Shown: piece after piece, positions 1 through 10,355 of the stretch | Layout: each line of letters starts with the position of its first letter | Numbering within the stretch: the first letter of the stretch is position 1 | NCBI RefSeq assembly: GCF_001194135.2 | Contig: NC_069002.1 | Span: forward strand, 244,994-280,358 | Origin: Octopus bimaculoides | Lineage: Eukaryota | DNA: 35,365 nucleotides | Direction of reading: 5' to 3' | Notes under the pieces: generated by a model | The model's input: the letters and a program-made list of their open reading frames with translations, nothing else | Database searches by the model: none | Told to the model about the DNA's origin: nothing | Position numbers and translations under genes: made by a program

Positions 1-35
1 CACACAAACACACTAACAGATAAACTACCAAACCA

Positions 36-76
<41 letters not shown>

Positions 77-127
77 TCTCATATTCTCATGCACACACAT
101 ATAAACTGAAAGGTGTAGCCATGGCCA

Positions 128-295
128 CAACTGCAAGTATAGCTGTATGGTTTAGAAGTTTGCTTCCTGAAAACAAGGTTTTGGATTCAGTCCCAATGAG
201 TGACACCTTGGACAAGTGTCTGGTCGGTCCCAGGCTGACCAAAACTTTGTGAGTGGATGTGATAAGTGGAAGCTGAGAAAGTCTAAAGTATAGAT
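128..295 (+). mobile_element. tRNA-derived SINE, family B; other copies at ~15680-15830 (-), ~25610-25705 (+), ~26045-26105 (-)
   Basis: A-box/B-box-like head (GCTGT.TGGT..AGAAG...GGTTC.G.TTCAGTCCC) followed by a shared body CACCTTGGACAAGTGTCT...CCAAA.C.TTGTGAGTGGAT in several copies. Boundaries approximate. Confidence 0.7.
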
Positions 296-305
296 ATATA
301 TACAT

Positions 306-862
306 CAGGGGTGGGGAAACTTTTTAGAGCGGCGGGCAAAATATTCCTAGGAAAAAGGTCCGTGAGTAGATCACAGGTTCTAACTGTTATATCTGTGTAA
401 ATCTTGTATATATCTATGTATAATTTGATATACATTAATAAAGATAAGTTTAACACATTAAATTAACGCATAACATCTTCGTTAATGCCACCACTGAATT
501 TATATTACTTATGAGATATTCTATTTTTTTTTTCAGTTAAAGTGTAGTTGGGTCTCAAGGGAGTGGTACAACCCTAGCAATATGTGTTTTACAGTGAAAA
601 CAAAATTTCCATTCAAATGGCAATTACCGGACGATTTCTGACCATTTTAAGTAAGTCGTAGTGGCTGGATGCTCTTCCTAACACCAACCACTTTGTGTGT
701 ATATATATGTGTGTGTGCATGTATGTGTGTGTGACCTATGTCGCAAATAGGTAGACGAATATTGTATAAAGTTTGATTGAAAAATTTGCTATGTTTTGTA
801 CATACGAGTATATCAGCCCGCGGACACAATAAAACGGGTTCGCAGGGGTTTCCTCACCCCTG
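306..862. mobile_element. Non-autonomous hAT-type DNA transposon (MITE) with a retroelement fragment inserted at ~600-730
   Basis: TIRs CAGGGGTGGGGAAAC (306-320) and GTTTCCTCACCCCTG (848-862), 14/15 match. Degenerate 8-bp TSD ATATACAT/ATGCACAC (5/8, all differences transitions). GC-rich subterminal GCGGGC/CCCGCGG motifs. Confidence 0.65.
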
Positions 863-1146
863 ATGCACACTTGCACACATAGTATTCACACTTCTCCCTT
901 TGTTAAAAGACCTTTTCACACTCCAACAGATTCTTCTGGTACACTTGCACACACACCATTTAACACCTTCCACATTGCTGCTGTTATCCCATTTGCTTCA
1001 CCATTAATTTATTCCTTACACCTGCACCCACTCTCACCTCCTCATATACTCATCACGCACTTCATAATTACACACACACACACACACCTCACAACCCAAC
1101 TAATCCACATTTTCACACCTCTATACACACATACAAACACACACGC

Positions 1147-1337
1147 ATGAATGTGTATGTATATATATATATATATNNNNNNNNNNNNNNNNNNNNNNNN
1201 NNNNNNNNNNNNNNNNNNNNNNNNNNNNNNNNNNNNNNNNNNNNNNNNNNNNNNNNNNNNNNNNNNNNNNNNNNNNNNNNNNNNNNNNNNNNNNNNNNNN
1301 NNNNNNNNNNNNNNNNNNNNNNNNNNNNNNNNNNNNN

Positions 1338-1375
<38 letters not shown>

Positions 1376-1498
1376 TGTATATACATATATACATACATGC
1401 ATACATACATACTTACACACGCATATATATACACTCACACACACATAAAATTGTATATTCATATACAGAGGCACACACACATATGTACATGTATATGT

Positions 1499-1544
<46 letters not shown>

Positions 1545-2014
1545 GTATGTATATATATATATGTATGTATGTATGTATGTATGATACAACATCACCGTAT
1601 CTCTACACTTAGATCCTTAAAGAATATCGAAATGAAAATGAGCAAAGAGCCAGCTGTAGCATATAAATCTATCATCCTGCAAATTTATAAATTATGACTT
1701 GACCCTTCCATACTCATCTGCACATCCACAGCTGCCAATACACAGAAGAAGACAAATACCTATACTTAATTATGTACAGGTCAAACAATAGCTTTCTGAA
1801 CCAAGCATTCATCTTCGGCTGTAATGCTACATACATAATGATTGCTTAAAATATAAATAGTGTCATCCATTGATATTTAGGGGTCATTTCAAAAATTTCT
1901 GGAAAAGTAATATATTGCTATTTCATCAGCTTTCTTTTTATTTTCTTGGACAATGTCTTTCATTTTTTAATGATTGTCTTTGTATGTGTGTGTGTATATA
2001 TAAATATATACATG

Positions 2015-2056
<42 letters not shown>

Positions 2057-2095
2057 TTAAACTTAATATATTCATAGTACTGCGTTTGTGTGTCA

Positions 2096-2183
<88 letters not shown>

Positions 2184-2308
2184 TTATGTACATGTATATA
2201 TGAATGTAATATTAATACCATTAAGAATAATAATATATCAATCAAGTTAATATACATACATATATACATACACACACACACACACACATATGTATATATG
2301 TATGTATG

Positions 2309-2341
<33 letters not shown>

Positions 2342-2345
2342 ATTT
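1147..2345. repeat. Compound (TA)n/(TG)n/(TATG)n microsatellite field
   Basis: Direct inspection. It generates the YIYIYI/VCVC ORFs in the track; unique sequence intervenes at ~1585-1975. Confidence 0.9.
1177..1337. other. Assembly gap (161 N) in a TA microsatellite
   Basis: Run of N. Confidence 1.
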
Positions 2346-3409
2346 ATAGATCAATATGTACATGCCTGCATATTCATAAATACTTAAAGATAGGCAAATT
2401 TATACACACATAATAGTAGAGGGAGGAGAGAGAAAGGTAATATATGTGTTTACATATATATATATATAAAGAGAGAGAGAGAGAGAGAGAGGGATGCAAT
2501 GAATGAGGGGGCGAGACATCTATAATATATACCTGTGTTTATATGTGAGTGTATCATTAAATTTTGGCATGCTTAAATCATGTATAATCCTCAAGTCATC
2601 AGGGTACAAACCTATATACATACATATATGGACAGACAGACAGACATATGTATATATATATATATATAGACAGATAGATTGATTGATAGATAAACAGACA
2701 GATAGATGCAGATCTACACCTATGCATTTGAATACATCAAACTGATATACATGCCCTTACGCATGTAACACACACACACACACATACATATATACATACA
2801 TTATGTATATGTGCATACATTATGTGTGTATTAGAGTGTGTGTGCAGTCAATCACATGCACACCTCTAAGAGTTGCTGCCTCAGTATTCAGCCCTCTACT
2901 CTTAATTTTTTTTTTTTTATCCTTCCCACTTTCGATTTCCAAATCATAATGAAGGAATGACAGAAGTAAAAAAAAATAATAACAAAACGGTGAGGCGGAA
3001 GCAAATCAGAGAATGTGAATGAGAAATAGAAAAAGCTGAAGCGAAAATTGATAATTAAATAAGATGGACTGTTACACTGTATGGTCAGATAAAGAAAATT
3101 AGGTTATATATTATATTATATTATATATATATATTATATTATATTATAGGAAAACGTACCTTATTTGATGGTAAGGTTGTTTCAGTCTCTCAGTAATTTT
3201 AAAATTCGTTTTGGTCTTTATGTTATCTTTTTTTTTCTGTTCAAATCAAACCCTAAAATACAGTAACTGCTAAAGCTCTAGTAGCCTTTTCTGTGTTAAT
3301 AGTATGACAAACGAAGATGACTGCATTCGTTTGTCCATCTTGCTTAAAATACCTTTGGCCGCACACAGAACTGCAAGTTGCGAACAGGAAGAGATTTATC
3401 GTCTGTTAT

Positions 3410-3620
3410 GTTATAGTTGCTGCTACTGTTGTGGTGGCGGTGGTGGTGGTGGTTGGCGTCGCTGCTGTTGCTCCTACTACTACTACTGCTGTTGCTATTG
3501 CTGCTGCTATTACTACAACTACTGCTGTAACTATTGCTGCTGTCGTTGTAACTGTTGCTGTTGCTTCACTCCCACTATCGCTGTTGCTGCTATTACAGCT
3601 GTTGTAACTGTTGCTGTCAT
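3410..3620. repeat. Compound trinucleotide repeats (GCT/GGT/ACT/GTT)
   Basis: Direct inspection; explains the poly-C/G/Y/A/T/V ORFs at 3304-3705. Confidence 0.9.
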
Positions 3621-4099
3621 AGACACCCACTATTGCCGTCGCTTCTGCTGTGTATCGAATGTGGTGGAGGGGAGATCACTCTCTCTAAAAGATATTTTTA
3701 ATTAATTTCGCTTTTTTTCCGTTCTTCCTCTTGGGAACCCTTGTCCAGGAAGGACTGGACAGGTCTAAACACCGTGACTCTTCTGCGGGCTCAGTGATGA
3801 TTGCTAACTACAAGAGCTTTCTAGAGCGACACCCCAACAACTAGGTGCGCCACTCTCGGGAATGTCATTGATTAGTAGAAGTGGTAGTGGTGGTGGTAGT
3901 TGTCCCCTTTCTGCTCTGATTCCGAAGACTTGACGCTTTCGCCTCTTTTATTTATATTTATACTGTGTTTAAAACGTATGTAATCTGTCATCTATATGTA
4001 TGTATGTTAAACTGTACGGTGTGATTTTTTAGAAAGATTCGGCTGCTAATTACAGCGTATCAGGCGACTTCATTGAGACTATCGTGTTGGCTCATTTTC

Positions 4100-4236
<137 letters not shown>

Positions 4237-4425
4237 TAGGCACGTTTCTTGTTTACCCGAAACGAGCAGGTATGTGATCTATCACGTGACCGTCCCGTAC
4301 CCCGCTCTGGCACCGTGCACCTCCAAACATATTATCCAACGCGTTCTTTTCTAAACGAATAGTGTGTGATTTGAGGGATATCTTATGTTTTTGAGCTCGT
4401 AATATATGTAATTAAAACTGTGTCT

Positions 4426-4610
4426 TGTGGTAGAATCGGTAGAGCAAACGTCGGACAAGATGCCCTTGAGGTATTTAATAGCATGTGAGTTCAAATCCCG
4501 CCAAGGTCGATTTAGTTTTTCATCCTTCATGGATGATAAACTGCTTGGACATAATCCATTGTACCCTGTCCGAAAAATGTGTGGCCTTGTATCTAAATTA
4601 GAACGTATTC
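4426..4610 (+). mobile_element. tRNA-derived SINE, family A (degenerate)
   Basis: TGGTAGAATCGGTAG...GTGAGTTCAAATCCCGCCAAGGTCGA...TTTCATCCTT, shared with other copies in the window. Confidence 0.6.
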
Positions 4611-6468
4611 TTTACCTTTGCCATTAAGAGGTTGTTGAACAAAACACGTGTATTTAGTTAAGGTGCGCCGGGGTCAGTTTTTGCTAGTCATTGCCTGGGT
4701 TAGATAAAATAAGTCCTCTAAATCAAATGCGTATATTCTTGTACTTAGATTAGTAATCAGTGTATGTGTTTGGCAGTTGTGTCATTGTTATGTGTGTGCT
4801 GTTTGGCTGTGTATTTACCATACGTTGTGTGCTTCTGTATATGTGTTTGTGGTCAAACCTGCTTTTATTCAGTTACATATGCTAAACGCTTATACATATC
4901 CACATCTGGATGTGAATGCGTGTACTTTTGCACAACTACCTGTTGCATTCAGGATCAAAAAAGTTATACATATGTCAATGTGAATGGTTATGTAAATAAT
5001 ACACAGATATGAAAATGTTAATGTCCGTGAAATGCTAAGCCATGTGTAAAGAAGTATGGTGAATCCATCCTTCATACTGTCTCTCATTCATTTTCTCTTA
5101 TCTAACATATTTTGCTTATCTACCAATATATTTCTGTTCACTTATCATCATCTAGTGTTTTAAATCCAGGTTTTGTCCCCGTCTCTAAATAGCAAACTAT
5201 TTATCTTTAGCTAGATATGTAGATAAATAACACTTTATCTCACTTTTTATCTCACAGTTTATCAAGAGCCAACAACACACAAACAAATACCATTTTCAGG
5301 TTTGGTTGTAAGCAATTTCAACAGTTTAAACGAGGAACATTAATAGTGCTGGACGAGTCAATAGAACACTGGCTAATTGTGATTCTCTTCTCGTTAATCT
5401 GACAAACAGGGCAACGTCTGAACACTCCCAGAGTCGTTGCCCGTACATGCCAAGATCATATTAAAATAATATTAGACATTGAGATTTCGTTGTCTTCTGT
5501 AAATATTGTATAAGTTTTGTTATTATCAGTATTTTTATTAATAAATTAGATTATTATCTTTCATTACATTAAGTATTATGTAATTTCTATGTTCCAAAGG
5601 TAATTAGTTTACAATGATCTAGTCTAATAAAACAGAAAGCAAAGTCCGTTTTAGAAGTAGCGGAAGCAATGCTTAACTAATGAACATTTAGAATATTTTC
5701 AATACTTCGTTTCTATTTTCACCAACCCCTGACAACAAGCAGAGTAACTAGACGCGAGTTGGTCCGCAGAGAAGGGACTTCCGGAGATTTAAATGACCGA
5801 CCGTGCTCGCTTTTATAACTGATTAAAACGAAATAAACAATACGCCGAACACACTTTTATTCCTGATTATTTTTATGCATAGATTAACAAAGCTACACTG
5901 CCAACTCACAGAGTTGTTTGTGGTTATCAAATAATACAAATGTGCGTCTGCAAATAAATAACAAACATCGGTGGAAGCAGAAACACTCACATAATATTCA
6001 ATATTGCAAACTCTGCCCTCAAACACGTTGACTACGTGTTTGTTATTTATACATTCAATGTCTCTGTGATAATAAAATTACATAACCTTAAATTTCTTTA
6101 TTAGTAATTTCAACAGAATAGAAAACTACATCAGTGATACATTTTTAAATAAAAATAACGGGGTAAAAATTTGAAAAACTTCCAAGTGGTTGGAAGAAAT
6201 TTATCGTGATCCTATTTCTGGGTAAAATACTTGTGAATTGTTATGTGGACAAAGTCTGTCTCAGTGGGTATTTAAAATCGAAAAAACAAACACAAGACAC
6301 CAGTTACGGGAGAAAGACTCCCTTAATATGAACCAAATCAATAGTTAGTTGTATTTCTCGGTTCGAAGACTGTGTTAGCATCGAATCAACAGATCAGGCA
6401 ATGACAGACAAGACACACCTCCCACCCAAAAGTTCTTTCTTTCTCTTTCCATTTCTCAGCTGTTCAAC

Positions 6469-6486
6469 CAGCGCCGCCTGGTGGAC
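6469..6486 (-). promoter_or_regulatory. CTCF-like binding motif
   Basis: Minus strand GTCCACCAGGCGGCGCTG versus canonical CTCF core CCACCAGGGGGCGC (13/14 match), isolated in AT-rich non-repeat DNA. Confidence 0.45.
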
Positions 6487-7254
6487 TTGTTTCTCTTTTC
6501 CCGCAACATTTTTACATTTCACTTTCTCTGCATTCATTAAAGGTAAACACACATAGATTATATATATATACATATAAATATACACACCCATATATATACA
6601 TACAACACACACACGTATATTTATGTATGTATATATCTTCTTTATCGTCTTATTTGTGTAAGGGACCCCTTCAGATCGTTTTGCCACGAAGAAACAAGAC
6701 ATTTCTTTTGTGGAATCTGTTTGCAAAATTGACGAATGTTTTTCTTGTCTAAACTCCAGGAAGTTTCAATTTCTCCACTATTTTCTTATCTGATAACGAA
6801 TTAATAATCCTGATTTACCAAAGTTCGGGCTTCAATGTGTATGTATATATACACACACATATATATATATATATACTCTCGCGCGCATTTATTTATATTT
6901 TTGTATACATACATATTCATATTCTACGTGTCGAGTTCGTTTGTACCCCTATTTGTATGTATGTTTGTGTGTTTCCTGTCCTGATTGACTTGTGAGGACC
7001 CGTGTATTTTCAAATTATAATCTCAAATACTGTGATTCGAGTGTTTGTGACAATTCGGAAGAATTTTAATTTGGATAAAGTTTTACCATTTATAAATACT
7101 GTGTATTTTGTGTGGGTGTATATGTAATGTTTACAAAAATCGTGAAAGAAAATCTTGCCTACGAAATGTATGGTTATCTGGTGAATTAGTTGTGATTTCT
7201 AGGATGCCAAGCGGTTGCTCTGTCGCGAAGTTAAAGCATATTAGAATTTAATTA

Positions 7255-7915
7255 ATAATTGTTTCAATTTTGGGGTGGTACTTATTTTATCGACCCTGAA
7301 AGAATGAATGACAAAGTCAATCTCGGCAGGATTTGAACTTAGATTTTCGAAAAATAATAATTTTAAGCAAATGAAGAAACTATTGTCAATATGTAATTAT
7401 TTTAATTTCAAACGAATCACGTTTTAGAAGAAGGGTCAAAGCTGGATCCCTGTCAGACTTGAAAAATCAGAGGAATTTTATATTAACGATAAACAAATCT
7501 ATGAAATAAACAATCAGAGGAACGTATTGTTTACGAAGACTATCATAAATAATGTTTTTAAATGATCGAAGATCGATCATATGTATCACACAATCATAAC
7601 TACAACCCTTTCGGGTTCGATAAATTAAATACTAGTCAAGTACTTTGATGTGATTGACTTTCCCCCTCCCCCAAAATTTCAGGCCTCGTGCCTATAGTAG
7701 AAAAGGTTATTATTATTATTATTGCAGCAGTGAGCTTAGTAACATTTCGTTTGTTTCCATGTTCTGAGTTCAAATTCCGCTACAGTCAACTTTACCTTTC
7801 ATCCTTTTGCGGGGTCAATAAAATAAATAAGTACCAGTTGACTACTGAGGGTCAATGTAATTGCCTTACCCCTCTCACAAAATTTCTGGCTTTGTGCCAA
7901 ACTTTGAAATCAATA
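7255..7915. mobile_element. Cluster of family-A SINE fragments (~7255-7345 -, ~7600-7720 +, ~7721-7915 +)
   Basis: Shared core TTCTGAGTTCAAATTCCGC...CTTTCATCCTTT..GGGGTC.ATAAA...AAGTACCAGT...CCCCTC...AAAATTTC.GGC.T.GTGCC. Confidence 0.7.
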
Positions 7916-8018
7916 TTTTTTCAAACCAGATTCAAATTATCTTGTTTTTTTTTTTGGTTTTTTTCGTTTTTTTCGTTTTACTTTTTCTTCTATACTTTTT
8001 TTTCTCTCCTTTCTTTAG

Positions 8019-8048
8019 ACTCAAACAATTGGCTTCTGAAACAAAATG
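8019..8048 (+). other. DPM2: DPM2 exon carrying 27 nt of 5' UTR plus the ATG; its upstream acceptor implies a further non-coding 5' exon (not located)
   Basis: Long polypyrimidine tract ending in TTTAG at 8017-8018; ATG at 8046-8048 is followed directly by donor GTACGT. Confidence 0.7.
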
Positions 8049-8927
8049 GTACGTATGCATGATCACATCTTATTTCATTGTTATTGCTACATTTTTCTAT
8101 TTTTCTTTACACACACACCTAATGTGCACTCAAACATACACACACACACACACAAACATGCATACACACAAACATGCACACACACACAAATTTACACAAA
8201 CTGAATGTGTGATTATTATTTTGTTTTAAATATTCCGCAGGTCACAAGCTTGGATCAAACCGTTGGATGGGGGCTGATGTTTCTAGCAGCCACAATTTTC
8301 GTTTATTATTCCATTTGGGTTATTATTCTGGTAAGTAACCATCTTTTATCTTTTACTTGTTTCACTCATTAGACTACGACCAGGCTGGGGCACCACTTTA
8401 AATTTTTATGAATTGACCCCAGCTTTGTCACTTGAATTTTAACAGCAGGTACCTGGAAGTACTGGCCCATAGTTACTAATCACTTTGAAGATGTGTCTGA
8501 TGCTAATGTAATTAAGTAATTAGTAGAAAATCATTTGAAATTAGTATTCATTTATGTCTGGGGGGGGGTGTAGTGGAAGGTGGGATGGGTGAGGATTTGG
8601 CTTATTGTTTTGTTGTCATTGTAATGAAACCATTTTCTTTTTTTCAGCCTTTTCTGGGACCAAACCAGAAACTCCATTCCTTCTTCCCGCCTCAGTTTTA
8701 TGCAGTGGCCTTTCCATTGGTATTGATGTCAGTAGCCCTTGTCATCATTGGTCAGTATTCTGCCAGTTGTTTTTTTATATCTTTACCCTTCTATGTTGCT
8801 GTTATCATTGTTGAGCCCCATGTCAAGCCTACTTAAAAGGTCCTAAGATTTGAAATTGCTCAAAATATAGAGGGACAAAAGGATCAAAGGTTGAGAAATT
8901 ATCAGAGACACACACTTCACAGTCTGC

Positions 8928-8963
<36 letters not shown>

Positions 8964-9825
8964 ATAAACATACATTGTTTACACTAGGTGCACTGTATAA
9001 AATTCCTACCTACTCCTTTTCTACTGAATGAGCAAAGCCATTTCCCTGGTGGTAGCGGTGTCCTATATGCTTGACTACTTTCTAACATTTTAGTCTTTGC
9101 TAAATTCACTCAGAGGACTTTTGTTTTCATGCCTGGAATTTCTATTTTGATTAGCTTCAGCTATAACAGCCTGGTCATCAGATTAAAGGTTGTCCTCCAG
9201 GCATGTGTGTATGTATGTATGTATACACACACACGTCATCATCAACATCATTTAATGTCTGTCTTCCATGCTAGCATGGGTCAGACAGTTTGACAGGAAC
9301 TGGCCAGCCAGAGGACTGCATCATGTTCCAGTGTCTGCTTTGGGATGCTTTTTACATGGCACTAGCACCAGTCATTCGCTGTACAGAGTGGAATGGGTGC
9401 TGGCAATTCATGGTGCTCCTCCAAACCAGTACAAAGTCACTCTTATATCTCTTCTACTGATTTTCCAAGACAAATTTCAATCTCATTAGTGAAGTGATTC
9501 CAAATAAATAAATACATAGAAAAACATGATCAATAAACTAAATAATATATGTTTAAAAAATGATGTTGGTTGTTACTGCTTTCAGAAAGCCATCATCATC
9601 ATCATCATCACATAGCTTCATTCATGTTCTGTTTACACTGGTGACTTTAATACACTTATTAGCATAAAACCATTGATATTTTGAGACATATCTCTGTAGA
9701 TGCACAAACCTTATATTAAACAACACAAGTATATCTTGAAATTATTGCATTTCTCTTTTCCAGGTTTAACTATGACAGTCATTATAGTCAGAAGTAAATT
9801 GAAAGCAAAACCTAAAAGTGAATAA
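8046..9825 (+). CDS. DPM2: Dolichol-phosphate mannose synthase regulatory subunit 2; join(8046..8048,8241..8330,8648..8750,9764..9825), 85 aa
   Basis: All introns are GT-AG and phases are consistent (258 nt). Spliced product: MVTSLDQTVGWGLMFLAATIFVYYSIWVIILPFLGPNQKLHSFFPPQFYAVAFPLVLMSVALVIIGLTMTVIIVRSKLKAKPKSE*. Two TM helices; matches the recalled DPM2 pattern (DQxVGxGL...IFxYYxxWVxxLPF...HxxFxPxxYAVAxP). Not in the ORF track as a single ORF. Confidence 0.93.
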
Positions 9826-10355
9826 ATTTTATTTTTTATATTTTTATGGAGTTGTTTTTGAGTGGTTTTTTTCCTTTCTAAGTTATTCTAACCTTTTCAT
9901 GTTTTAAAAATATCTTTTATATCGGGTAGTCTCCCTTGCTCTGTTTTTAAGTTTTTGTCTTTTTTTGAGGTAACATAATCTACCTGGATCAATTAGTCAG
10001 ATGAGGTGGGAGAGAGCTGTGCCTGAGAACCTCTATGAGCTTTTCAGGCCCTCCCAATATTGTTGTGGATGATGTTCAGTTTCTACTAAATATCACTAAT
10101 TCACATAGTTCAGAGCCTCTGGTTCTAGAATACAAAATCTCTGTTATAAAATAAATCTAAATTAAAATTTCAAAATCCATTAACATTTAGCATTTTATTT
10201 TCATTTTCTGCTTTAATTTCATAAAGGGAGAATAATTATACATAGACTAAAACTGTAAAACATGAAAAACAATAATAATAAAAATATGAGATTTGGATGA
10301 TAAATCTGAAATTGCACAAAAAAAAACCCCCCAAAAAAATAGAAACACTAGGCAT

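Noticed and set aside
128-295. A/B-box sequences suggesting tRNA genes here and in other SINE heads
   Set aside because: They continue into shared SINE bodies and do not fold into a full cloverleaf.
863-2387. Many ORFs rich in YI/HT/VC dipeptides
   Set aside because: Translations of (TA)n/(CA)n microsatellites and the N gap.
3150-3170. Possible 21-nt plus-strand microexon (ENVPYLM) between TATAG and GTAAGG
   Set aside because: No plus-strand host gene found; the acceptor is built from an ATATT repeat; the overlapping minus-strand donor is more parsimonious.
3311-3330. Hairpin loop on - (UGCAGUCAUC) resembling an iron-responsive element
   Set aside because: Loop is CAGUC, not CAGUG, and there is no 5-bp upper stem with a C bulge.
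3304-3705. Cys-, Gly-, Thr- and Ala-rich ORFs in three frames
   Set aside because: Trinucleotide-repeat artefacts with no recognisable domain.
3793-3920. C-box-like GTGATGA followed by CTGA (candidate C/D snoRNA)
   Set aside because: No terminal stem, no recognisable rRNA guide, and not in an established intron.
5803-5812. GTGCTCGCTT, identical to the U6 snRNA 5' end
   Set aside because: Match stops after 10 nt; the rest of U6 is absent.
6394-6726. 110-aa minus-strand ORF
   Set aside because: Spans a TA/TG microsatellite; no domain or supporting splice signals.
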